Source: Candidatus Paceibacter sp. (GTDB taxonomy: Bacteria; Patescibacteriota; Patescibacteriia; Magasanikbacterales; UBA922). Taken from it: a DNA stretch of 55,048 nt. The DNA lies in contig DYFM01000009.1 of assembly GCA_020725175.1 (NCBI GenBank), positions 1-55,048 of the forward strand, read 5' to 3'. Positions 45,171 to 53,957 of this stretch are shown here, one piece after another; position 1 is the first letter of the stretch, and each line of letters opens with the position of its first letter. The notes under the pieces were generated by a model. That model did no database searches. It saw nothing but the letters and a program-made list of their open reading frames with translations, and had not been told where the DNA came from. The position numbers and the translations under genes are program-made.

Positions 45171-46712
45171 TTATACAACTTTCTGTTGAAAAAACCGGCT
45201 ATAACGTTGTAATTTGAAAAGAAAAAAACGCCTTTCTTCTGACGAAAAAACTAATAAATAAACTAAAAAGACATACGCACACCCCACCACCGACGCTGAG
45301 AATAAAATGTGCATAGCTTCAGAAAAAATTATATTTGTCACGTAATACACTACCCAAAGCAAAAAACCGGGGAAAAAAAAGCTTTTTAAAATTTTTGCTA
45401 ATTCATACCATGGGCGAATCGGCAAATATCTTGAAAGTAATCTAGGTAAGTATATCACATTTGTAAATAAGTTTCCGGCTAGTGTACCAAAAATTATCCC
45501 TAAAAGTCCAATTTTTATTCCTAAAAGTATTGATATAGCCAGATTAATGGCCACATTCATCGCCATTGGAACTAACTCAGCTTTTTGTTTAAACATTGCG
45601 TTGATAAATTCAAAATGTGGACCGACCCATGAGTAAATGAGGTATAGAAATAAAAAAGAACCAGTAAATAAGTAGCCATAAAAAAATTCTTTACCCACCC
45701 AAATTGTAATTATTTCTTGTGAATATACAAATAGAAACCACAGAATTGTCAAGCGAAAAATGATATGCATTCTCAAAACTCTTCCATATAAAATTACCAT
45801 ATCATTGTACCGGTGTAATTGATGTAGTGCTGTAATACTAGGCAAAGAAGCATCTGATACTTGTATTGCCTGGGCAGGTAAACGAAACAGCTTATCCGCA
45901 AAAGAATATATTGGTGCAAACGCAACCCCCACAATGTGAGAGATAACCAAAAAATCTGTTTTACTAATAAGACTATTGAAAAAGGAGAGGAGAAAAAAGC
46001 TTAAGCTATGAGAAAGAAGGGGTAATATATCTCGGATACATACAAGCTTTTTTGTAAATTTTAACCAGTAAAAACGTCGTTTTGCAAATGCAAAAAGAAA
46101 AATTACTCTAAGACTTAAGCATCCCCCTTGAAAAAATGCAATTTGTGTTATACTTGGTTTTGAAAGTAAAAAAAGGATAAAGCTAGCAGAGTATAAGATT
46201 ATATATATAAATTGAAGTGTATTATATGTGGGCATCTCATTCATGCCACGGAATAGCGAGTTCAGAATTCCTCCAATAAGAACATTTACAGCAGCAAAAA
46301 ACAAAAGAATAAAAAAAAGGTTTTGAGCAAGTGTTGCTGTATTTCCTGAGATGCCAAGTAAAAGATTAAGAGAAATAATATCCACCAAAAAAAGGATTAC
46401 CAAAAAAATTCCAAATAAGACAACAATTGAGAGTAAGAACCAAATGGCACCACTGAGCAGCCAAGTTATTTCTTCATATTTTTTCTCTGCAGCTAAATAT
46501 CCAATTTTATTCGTAACCGCAGCTGTTATACCGATATCGGTAAGACTCACAAAACCAACTAAAGATGTGATCACCAAATATAATCCATAATCTTCCAAAC
46601 CAACTGCACGCATAAACAGTGGCACAGTTATAATAGAAGATATTACTGAAATGATCGTGGTCAGAGAATTTGTCACGGCGGACAAACTTATTTTTTCAAT
46701 ATAACCTACCAT
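45171..46712 (-). CDS. Wzx/MOP-family polysaccharide flippase
   Basis: 513 aa with ~12-14 hydrophobic segments; GLEDYGLY..I; operon context. Confidence 0.85.
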   Translation of the reverse strand: MVGYIEKISLSAVTNSLTTIISVISSIITVPLFMRAVGLEDYGLYLVITSLVGFVSLTDIGITAAVTNKIGYLAAEKKYEEITWLLSGAIWFLLSIVVLFGIFLVILFLVDIISLNLLLGISGNTATLAQNLFFILLFFAAVNVLIGGILNSLFRGMNEMPTYNTLQFIYIILYSASFILFLLSKPSITQIAFFQGGCLSLRVIFLFAFAKRRFYWLKFTKKLVCIRDILPLLSHSLSFFLLSFFNSLISKTDFLVISHIVGVAFAPIYSFADKLFRLPAQAIQVSDASLPSITALHQLHRYNDMVILYGRVLRMHIIFRLTILWFLFVYSQEIITIWVGKEFFYGYLFTGSFLFLYLIYSWVGPHFEFINAMFKQKAELVPMAMNVAINLAISILLGIKIGLLGIIFGTLAGNLFTNVIYLPRLLSRYLPIRPWYELAKILKSFFFPGFLLWVVYYVTNIIFSEAMHILFSASVVGCAYVFLVYLLVFSSEERRFFLFKLQRYSRFFQQKVV

Positions 46713-46717
46713 ACCAT

Positions 46718-47647
46718 CTATACGAAGTTAATATACGGGTTATCAAGATTAATCAACTGGAACGCCCGCACCATCTCACCAATTCCTTCTTCCAGCGAAA
46801 TTGTTGTATGATATCCTGTTGAACGTATTTTCTTGTATGATACTTCATAATCCCGTTTATCAGGATCTGAACCTATGTCAGCAAAATGAAGATAAAACTT
46901 TACTTTTTGGTGGATGAGCTTTGCCACCTCTTCTTTTGTAGCATTTAACGATTCATCACCTACATTATAAATATTATCTTTCATGTTATCATACTCTTTA
47001 ATCCCGTGAATAAAAGCCCTTGCGATATCTCTTACATGAATAAATGTTCTCCTAACATGTTTCTCATAAACAATTAGATTACCTGTCCTCAAAGCTTGAA
47101 AAGTAAAATCATTTGGTAACAAATCAAGTCGAAGACGAGGTGAAATCCCAAAAGCTGTCGCAAAGCGATAACCAACAATCTCACCACTTTCTTGCAATAT
47201 TTGCTCCGCTTTTGTTTTTGTTTGTCCATAAACCGACAGTGGTCGCAATGGGCTCTCTTCTGTACAAATACCTTCTACGACGCCATAATTACTCCCTGTC
47301 GAAGCATAGATAATTGGCTGTGAAGAAGATCTTGCTAAATTAAGATTTATTGTTCCCTGGACATTTACTTGCTCAGCCAATACAGGGGATGCATTACATA
47401 CAGGAGCCCCCAGTATAGCCGCTAGATGAATAATTAAATCCACATCTTTGACGGATTCTTGCAATAAACTAAAATCTCTAATATCTCCTTTTACAAACTC
47501 AAAACGTTTGTCTGCGAAAAATGGTAGTAAGGAGGTCTGTTTGAAGAGTAAACTATCGTACACTTTAACATGATAATCCTCCTGTAATAATTGTGGCACA
47601 AGAACCGACCCTATGTATCCAGCTCCGCCTGTTACAAGTATTTTCAT
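46718..47647 (-). CDS. NAD-dependent epimerase/dehydratase (SDR)
   Basis: MKILVTGGAGYIG at 47647; YGQTK; RLRLDLLPN. Confidence 0.92.
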   Translation of the reverse strand: MKILVTGGAGYIGSVLVPQLLQEDYHVKVYDSLLFKQTSLLPFFADKRFEFVKGDIRDFSLLQESVKDVDLIIHLAAILGAPVCNASPVLAEQVNVQGTINLNLARSSSQPIIYASTGSNYGVVEGICTEESPLRPLSVYGQTKTKAEQILQESGEIVGYRFATAFGISPRLRLDLLPNDFTFQALRTGNLIVYEKHVRRTFIHVRDIARAFIHGIKEYDNMKDNIYNVGDESLNATKEEVAKLIHQKVKFYLHFADIGSDPDKRDYEVSYKKIRSTGYHTTISLEEGIGEMVRAFQLINLDNPYINFV

Positions 47648-47657
47648 AGTTAATAAA

Positions 47658-47903
47658 TTACCAATCACGAGTTCTTTGTTGTATCGTTTTTTTTATGCGC
47701 CGGTATGCGGTTGTGGCCCCCTTGTCAAACTCAGGCGATACAAGTGCAAGTAATTCATGACCTAAAATACGATATTGCCCTCCGACTTTATTAGCACGAA
47801 TAAGCCCTTGCTTAAGCAAGCGCTTTATTGTGCTATTACTCACCTTCAACAGCTCCTGCGCTTCAGCAGTAGTATATACTTCATTTGACTTAATTTCTGC
47901 CAT
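47658..47903 (-). CDS. Excisionase-like (MerR/HTH_17-type) small DNA-binding protein
   Basis: YTTAEAQELLKVSNSTIKRLLKQGLIRANKVGGQYRI pattern. Confidence 0.85.
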   Translation of the reverse strand: MAEIKSNEVYTTAEAQELLKVSNSTIKRLLKQGLIRANKVGGQYRILGHELLALVSPEFDKGATTAYRRIKKTIQQRTRDW

Positions 47904-47930
47904 ATCTATATAAAAAAGCTATTTCAATAG

Positions 47931-47960
47931 TATCAAAAAGTGTCAATAGGTGTCAATAGA
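47931..47960. promoter_or_regulatory. Three 10-bp direct repeats upstream of HTH copy 1 (putative operator)
   Basis: TATCAAAAAG TGTCAATAGG TGTCAATAGA; a homologous triplet lies at 52870-52899. Confidence 0.6.
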
Positions 47961-47962
47961 CT

Positions 47963-49066
47963 CTATGCTGTGAATTCTTTAAAACCCATATTTTCGTCAA
48001 AATGTAATACTTGAGCGATGAGACTTATCCCCCATAAAAAAAGTGTCGTTCCGTGGATATCCGGTTCAGATAAACCACGAGAAACTGGAGCATGATAATA
48101 TAATCTATTTGCTCTTTCTTTGTGAAAAGAAAATCCACCTTTCTCTTTATAATAATACTGCTTATATGTTTCTAATCTCTGTAACATAAATGTACAAATA
48201 TCATCATATCTATAGGAAGACTGTACTATTTCATTGCAGTATTTTAAAACATATACGATATTAAAATTATCACATGCATGCGCATCATGTTGCTTCAGCA
48301 AACAAAAGTCAATGATTTTTTTTGCTTTATCAAACATAACGCTATCAACGACCTTAAGTCCAGTAATAATTTTCATTGCTCCATTTATCTTTTCTTGTGC
48401 AGATACAGAGCTACCCTTGTACCAAAAACCATCAGATTGTTGCATATGATGTATCCAATCTATTACAACTGTAATCAGTTCATCATTATCAAACTGTGCA
48501 TGCTTCAAAAAGAAAAGAAGATGGCTCACATGGCTTCCCGCATGCCATGGCTTACTCCAATCGAGCCGTTCAAGATATTCATGAACTTCTTTTTTTGATT
48601 TTTGAATATCTTTTAGTGAATAATCAAATTTTGGAGTATGAAGCAATACAGCAGAAATTGCTTGCCTTGTTTCTGCACGTTTTATTTCGTTGTAGTATAA
48701 TGGTGAAAGTGATCTCGCTTGAACCCCTTTTATTGTACGAATAGGAAAAGATACGTACGCCAGGAATCGATCATACACATATCCATCTTTTTTTTGAAAA
48801 GATTGTATATATGAGATAGCATCCGAAATTTCCTTTGTATATTGTGCTTCAAGATCAAGCGTATATACAATTTTTAAAAAAAAACTTGCATTCCCAAGCC
48901 CCCATTTTATGTGTTCTCCAAAATAATCACCCGATAAAGAATAATGATAAAATCCTGCTCTTTTCTTTCCTTTTAAAAATGACAAAAAATGAGGAACATT
49001 GTTCTTTACATAAAAAAGCCAATCATATATATCCTGATTTACTTTATTTTCTGAATGATGTGACAT
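47963..49066 (-). CDS. Hypothetical protein, possible alpha/alpha-toroid (prenyltransferase-repeat-like) fold
   Basis: Repeated Q.K/S.DG.(V/F/W)Y motifs, LDWSKPWHAGSH, PDIHGT. The start is uncertain (49066 or 49087). Confidence 0.6.
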   Translation of the reverse strand: MSHHSENKVNQDIYDWLFYVKNNVPHFLSFLKGKKRAGFYHYSLSGDYFGEHIKWGLGNASFFLKIVYTLDLEAQYTKEISDAISYIQSFQKKDGYVYDRFLAYVSFPIRTIKGVQARSLSPLYYNEIKRAETRQAISAVLLHTPKFDYSLKDIQKSKKEVHEYLERLDWSKPWHAGSHVSHLLFFLKHAQFDNDELITVVIDWIHHMQQSDGFWYKGSSVSAQEKINGAMKIITGLKVVDSVMFDKAKKIIDFCLLKQHDAHACDNFNIVYVLKYCNEIVQSSYRYDDICTFMLQRLETYKQYYYKEKGGFSFHKERANRLYYHAPVSRGLSEPDIHGTTLFLWGISLIAQVLHFDENMGFKEFTA

Positions 49067-50076
49067 ATTTTTGACTTGATTTTCCATGCCAGTGAAGATG
49101 TCATTAATGAGAGTACATCTTTGCATGTAGGTACTGTGTGTGTTTCTGCACTTTTTTGCCTATCGGTAAAAATAGTATGAGCAAACGTATAGTACTGTTT
49201 TGCTATATCCTGTAATGTTTGAACCGATATAGCGGATTGGTACTTCTGATACTGTGAAGCAACATTCTCTATCTTCTGTAAAATATCATCTTTGGAATCA
49301 AACACTTCACCTGCATGCTGCATAAGCTCAGGATGTCCACCATCATTCAAAACTACCACAGGTAACCCACAATGAAGTGCTTCCAAAAGAGAATTGGAAC
49401 ATGGATCAGACTGTGATGCCGTAACATATATATCAGCCTGCTTCAATTGCTCCGCGAGATCTTCGCTCGACATGGGTGAGAGCATACGAATATGTTTGAA
49501 ATTAATTGGTGAATTTCCAATAAATGTCATGCCATATCTTGAAAAATCTAAATGAGAATCAAGATATTGATATATCTCAAATCCCTTCCTCATATTTGAT
49601 GACCAGCTTGTAGCAATCAGGCGAATCTTTCCATCTTTTTTATATTCATTTTTATTTTTTCTGTTAAAGACGTGTGGATTCGGTGCATTTACAATAACCG
49701 CTTCATATTTAGAAGATGGCATCCCCATGCGAATATTTTGCTCTTTACTCCATTGAGATTGAAAAATAGTCCCTTCTGAATATACGGCATTTATCTTGTA
49801 GATAAGATGATCTATCTCTTTATCTTTATCTCTTATAATAGAAATCGGACCATCTATACGATGAAGAATAATTTTTCCACGCCGTTTCAAAGAAAAAAGT
49901 TTTCGTATTCTCCATTCTTCTCCAAAAGGAAAACTATTGAATAAAATTACATCTGCTTTTTCAACATCTTCTTCATACACATTCGTTTGCTGGAATTCAT
50001 TTCTAAGCGCCTTTAAAAACTGATTTCCACCACCCCATGGTCCTTCTTTTATACCGAAAAAAATATGGATTTTCAT
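49039..50076 (-). CDS. Glycosyltransferase family 4
   Basis: WGGGNQF, RKGFE, SDPCSNSLLEALHCGLPVV and GGHPEL motifs. Confidence 0.88.
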   Translation of the reverse strand: MKIHIFFGIKEGPWGGGNQFLKALRNEFQQTNVYEEDVEKADVILFNSFPFGEEWRIRKLFSLKRRGKIILHRIDGPISIIRDKDKEIDHLIYKINAVYSEGTIFQSQWSKEQNIRMGMPSSKYEAVIVNAPNPHVFNRKNKNEYKKDGKIRLIATSWSSNMRKGFEIYQYLDSHLDFSRYGMTFIGNSPINFKHIRMLSPMSSEDLAEQLKQADIYVTASQSDPCSNSLLEALHCGLPVVVLNDGGHPELMQHAGEVFDSKDDILQKIENVASQYQKYQSAISVQTLQDIAKQYYTFAHTIFTDRQKSAETHTVPTCKDVLSLMTSSLAWKIKSKICHIIQKIK

Positions 50077-51137
50077 ACTTTTGTACTATCATCTCGATAT
50101 AATTCATCGAAATAGCGCTGAGACAATAAACTCCAATCATAAAAAGCAATATCCCTTAGTCCTTGATCTATCAGAGAAACACGTGCATCAAGAGAATCCA
50201 AAAGAATACTTGCATAATGAGAAAGACCTTCCACATCTTCCACATCCACGATATATCCATTTTCCCCATGTCTCATTATGTCTACAGCCATACCAACCTT
50301 CGTAGAAACTACAGGGACTCCACACGCCCAAGATTCTAAAAGGGCCATAGGTCCTCCCTCTACACGAGAACCAATAATATACAGATCAAGTGCATTATAA
50401 TATTCTACCATTTGTTCATATGTATCAACATATACATGTGTATAGGGAATATTTTTATCCTCTAGCTGTTTCTTTACATATCCACGTGCTGGTCCTGTGA
50501 GTAATATATGTATTGGAAATTGCTTAACCAAACTTTCGACGACATCACAAAAAATATCAGGTCCTTTGACATATTTTGGTGTCAAACCCTCTCCCCATCC
50601 ATTTCCATCTTTTTGAAATGAACCTATGACATGTACACCATCAGGAATTCCAAGGTGTTGCCTAATTTCATGTCGCTTCTCTTTAGTAAATGGATAAAAA
50701 TGCGTTGTATCAATTCCTAGAGGAATAGTATGAATCTTTTCTTCATCAAATCCATGTGTAATAAGCTGTGTTTTTGAAATTGATGATGCAGTATGTACTT
50801 TTGCTATTTTCGTATTCAATGCTGGAATATATTTTATTCGAGAGTCATCTGGTTCGATGTGAAACCATGTTAAAATATTTCTATTTGATGTATGAGGTAA
50901 TAAAATTTTCTCTCCCTTTATAAGGGTAGCAACTGTTCCAAAGTGAATTGTCGAATGCTTGAGAAACTGTGTAGACGTAGCTATGTGAAAGGCAGTGTGA
51001 GATAATAAATGTGTTTGTAGTGATTTGCCAATACTTTTTATTACCCAATCCGCCCCATCTGTAATAAAATGGATACCTTTCCTAGAAGCAAATAAATTTT
51101 GTACGAGATCTAAAGATATGTGCTTCAATCTTCTCAT
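50073..51137 (-). CDS. Glycosyltransferase family 4
   Basis: IPLGID, KGPDIF and SRVEGGPMALLESWACGVPVVSTKVG motifs. Confidence 0.9.
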   Translation of the reverse strand: MRRLKHISLDLVQNLFASRKGIHFITDGADWVIKSIGKSLQTHLLSHTAFHIATSTQFLKHSTIHFGTVATLIKGEKILLPHTSNRNILTWFHIEPDDSRIKYIPALNTKIAKVHTASSISKTQLITHGFDEEKIHTIPLGIDTTHFYPFTKEKRHEIRQHLGIPDGVHVIGSFQKDGNGWGEGLTPKYVKGPDIFCDVVESLVKQFPIHILLTGPARGYVKKQLEDKNIPYTHVYVDTYEQMVEYYNALDLYIIGSRVEGGPMALLESWACGVPVVSTKVGMAVDIMRHGENGYIVDVEDVEGLSHYASILLDSLDARVSLIDQGLRDIAFYDWSLLSQRYFDELYRDDSTKV

Positions 51138-52108
51138 ATTCTTAGTATTCTCTGCTCATCTGCCCGAACCATCTCTGCAACTAAATTTGAAAAGTCAACT
51201 TTAGGTTTCCATCCAAGCTGCTCTTTCGCTTTTTGTGGATTCCCGCACAATTGGTGGGGCTCTAGTGGTCTAAAAAAACGCTCGTCCTCTACAACATAAT
51301 TTCTCCAATCGGATATTCCCGCCAACTCAAAAGCTGTGGATAAAAATTCTTCGATTGAATGAGTAACACCGGTAGCCAATATATAATCCCCTGCCGCAGG
51401 TTGCTGTAACATGAGCCACATTGCCTCCACATAATCCTTTGCGTATCCCCAGTCTCGCCGTGACTGAATATTTCCTAATCTAATTTCTTTCAGCAAACCA
51501 TATTTTATCCTAACAACCCCATCTGTTATCTTACGAGTAACATACTCCATTCCTCGCAAAGGTGATTCATGATTATAACAAATAGCATTACAAGCAAAAA
51601 CATTATATGCCGAACGATATATATCCACCAACTGAAACGCAGCCACTTTAGAGACACCATATGGATTGCATGGTTTAAATTCAGTTTTTTCGTTTTGAAT
51701 AGATTCAACCGGACGGCCAAACATCTCAGAGCTTCCCGCTTGATATAGCTTTGTTTCCGGGGACATCTGTCGAATAGCTTCCAGAAGATTCAAGACACCA
51801 GTTGTGTTGATATTCATAGTAACACTTGGAACTACCCATGATTGTCCTACAAAAGAAACGGCAGCAAAGTTATAACATTCGTCAGGCTTATACTTTGCCA
51901 TAATATGAAGGACAAAAGTAGCATCGGAGATATCACCGCTTACCACTTCGATTTTATCTAAAAGTCCCAACTCAACCAAACGCCACAATTTGTTATTCTC
52001 CAGTGAACGACCGATCCCTATTACTCGATACCCTTTTTCTAAAAGAAAATGGGCCAGGTAAGCGGCATCCTGTCCAGAAATGCCTGTTATGATGGCTGTT
52101 TTACTCAT
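51134..52108 (-). CDS. gmd: GDP-mannose 4,6-dehydratase
   Basis: ITGISGQDAAYLA, YQAGSSEMFG, PYGVSK, YNHESPLRG..YVTRKI and RDWGYAKDYV motifs. Confidence 0.95.
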   Translation of the reverse strand: MSKTAIITGISGQDAAYLAHFLLEKGYRVIGIGRSLENNKLWRLVELGLLDKIEVVSGDISDATFVLHIMAKYKPDECYNFAAVSFVGQSWVVPSVTMNINTTGVLNLLEAIRQMSPETKLYQAGSSEMFGRPVESIQNEKTEFKPCNPYGVSKVAAFQLVDIYRSAYNVFACNAICYNHESPLRGMEYVTRKITDGVVRIKYGLLKEIRLGNIQSRRDWGYAKDYVEAMWLMLQQPAAGDYILATGVTHSIEEFLSTAFELAGISDWRNYVVEDERFFRPLEPHQLCGNPQKAKEQLGWKPKVDFSNLVAEMVRADEQRILRI

Positions 52109-52143
52109 ACTCTGTTACGTTTTCTAAACTAAAAAAAATGAAA

Positions 52144-52479
52144 TTAATCGACAGCAACCCCAAAGTAAAGAAAATGTGTTATTTTGTCATACTTATTTTC
52201 TAGGGCGTGCACTTCACCCGGCTCAACAACAATACATTCTCCAGAATGAACATTAAAAGATCGATCTTCAAAAGTGAAAAGTACTACTCCTTGTGTAACA
52301 TAGAAAACTTCATACATAGTTTGGTGAGCATGAAAATCAATGGTTTGCCCGACAAGAAGAGAAGACACTGATAAACCCGTTAAGTTCGGTATAAAACCAT
52401 TACCGAGCAAAACTTTTTTACTAACCCCAGAGTGTTGAGTGAATTCTTGCCTTGAGTTTTCACTATTTATGAAATACAT
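52144..52479 (-). CDS. Cupin domain protein
   Basis: HAHQTMYEVFYV..G and VEPGEVH cupin motifs; the start was moved to MYFINS at 52479. Confidence 0.8.
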   Translation of the reverse strand: MYFINSENSRQEFTQHSGVSKKVLLGNGFIPNLTGLSVSSLLVGQTIDFHAHQTMYEVFYVTQGVVLFTFEDRSFNVHSGECIVVEPGEVHALENKYDKITHFLYFGVAVD

Positions 52480-52747
52480 ATTTAGCACTATATTGATGAC
52501 AAGACCAATCCTTAGTCTTCTCAATCGTCTTAATCTTAACCTTTTGATACAAACCAGTAGCCTTCTCATCAAACTCAGGAAAAACCAAACGTAATAATTC
52601 ATGTCCCAAAATTCGATACTGTTTCCCAATTTTATTTGCCTTAATCAAGCCCTTTTTTATTCAGCGCTTCATGGTACTATTACTCACCTTAAGAAACTCT
52701 TGAGCCTCGGCAATAGTATAAACTTCATTTGGACGGATTTCGGGCAT
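52463..52747 (-). pseudogene. Second excisionase-like HTH gene with in-frame TGA at 52661-52663
   Basis: MPEIRPNEVYTIAEAQEFLKVSNSTMKR*IKKGLIKANKIGKQYRILGHELL... is colinear with the 47658-47903 protein. Confidence 0.88.
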
Positions 52748-52780
52748 AGACGTGTTATATGTCAAAAGACTGTAAAGCCG

Positions 52781-52850
52781 AAAGTCCAAAAGTCCAAAAG
52801 TCCGTTGAAGTCGCAACTTTGGACATTAAAGACTCTGTGGACTTTTGACT
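52781..52850. repeat. Octamer (AAAGTCCA)x3 with inverted remnants (TTTGGAC, TGGACTTTTGACT) around a GTTG..CAAC core
   Basis: Read directly. Confidence 0.75.
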
Positions 52851-52869
52851 ATTTGAGTATACCAGAAAG

Positions 52870-52899
52870 TGTCATTAGATGTCAAAAGGTGTCAAAAGG
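52870..52899. promoter_or_regulatory. Three 10-bp direct repeats upstream of HTH copy 2 (putative operator)
   Basis: TGTCATTAGA TGTCAAAAGG TGTCAAAAGG. Confidence 0.6.
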
Positions 52900-52911
52900 T
52901 TATTCACACCT

Positions 52912-52946
52912 AAAGTCAAAAGTTTAAAGTTAAAAGTCCAAAAAGC
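52912..52946. repeat. Heptamer array AAAGTCA/AAAGTTT/AAAGTTA/AAAGTCC
   Basis: Read directly. Confidence 0.7.
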
Positions 52947-52984
52947 CACAACCATACCATAAGCACAGTACTTTATGAACTTTC

Positions 52985-53938
52985 CTACTTTCGACTATTC
53001 ACATACCACTCGCAAGTCATCCGAATCCCCTCATCAAGCTCGATCGAATGTCTCCACCCAAGCGCATGCATACGTGTCATATCCTGTAGTTTTTGAGGCA
53101 TGCCATCCGGCTTACTCGTATCCCACTCGATTTCTCCATGATAATCAACCACATCTTTAAAATGTTCAACCAGTTCTTTTACTGTCAGGTCTGATCCTGT
53201 TCCAAGATTGAAAAATATTTCCCCTTTTTCGTTTTGTTCCTTAGTCGGATTAAAATTATTCATTAAGAAAAGACATCCATCTACCATATCATCGACATGT
53301 AAAAATTCACGTCGTGCAACTCCGGTTCCCCAAATAGTAACTTTAGTTTCGTTATTCTTTTTTGCCTCACAAAATTTTCGAACAAACGCCGCAAACAAAT
53401 GTGAATGTTCGGGATCAAAATTATCGTTCGGACCATACAAATTTGTCGGCATGACTGCAATAAAATTCGTACCGTATTGGCGATTATAACTCTGACACAT
53501 CTTGATTCCCGCAATCTTTGCAATCGCATATGCTTCATTTGTCGGTTCAAGAGGTCCTGTCAATAAATATTCTTCCTTCATTGGCTGAGGGGACAGGCGG
53601 GGATAAATACAAGAAGAGCCTAAAAATAACAATTTTTTAACTCCGTATACATGCGACTGATGTATTACATTGTTTTGAATTTCTAAATTCTGAAGTAAAA
53701 AATCTGCAGGGTGAGTATTGTTTGCCATAATCCCACCGACCTTTGCAGCAGCAAGAAAAACATACTCAGGTTTTTCATCCTCAAAAAATTCCCTAACAGC
53801 CTGCTGATTAGTCAAATCAAGTTCCGCATGAGTACGAACAACTATATTTAAGTATCCCTCACTTTGTAATCTTCTAATAATTGCGGAACCAACTAACCCT
53901 CGGTGACCAGCAACATATATTTTTGCGTTCTTTTCCAT
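52985..53938 (-). CDS. fcl: GDP-L-fucose synthase
   Basis: VAGHRGLVGSAI, AAAKVGGI, LGSSCIYP, YAIAKIAG, MPTNLYGP and KPDGMP motifs. Confidence 0.96.
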   Translation of the reverse strand: MEKNAKIYVAGHRGLVGSAIIRRLQSEGYLNIVVRTHAELDLTNQQAVREFFEDEKPEYVFLAAAKVGGIMANNTHPADFLLQNLEIQNNVIHQSHVYGVKKLLFLGSSCIYPRLSPQPMKEEYLLTGPLEPTNEAYAIAKIAGIKMCQSYNRQYGTNFIAVMPTNLYGPNDNFDPEHSHLFAAFVRKFCEAKKNNETKVTIWGTGVARREFLHVDDMVDGCLFLMNNFNPTKEQNEKGEIFFNLGTGSDLTVKELVEHFKDVVDYHGEIEWDTSKPDGMPQKLQDMTRMHALGWRHSIELDEGIRMTCEWYVNSRK

Positions 53939-53957
53939 AAATATTTAATTAATAAGG

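Noticed and set aside
39964-52747. TGA reassigned to Trp or Gly (alternative genetic code) to explain the two internal TGA codons
   Set aside because: TGA ends leuS (13969), comEC (11879), the epimerase (24285) and the 26869 dehydrogenase at their expected C-termini, and two of the four internal stops are TAA.
29659-53938. Poly-A/T tracts (8-9 nt) in glycan genes as phase-variation switches
   Set aside because: They are expected by chance in AT-rich coding DNA, all are in frame, and none is unusually long.
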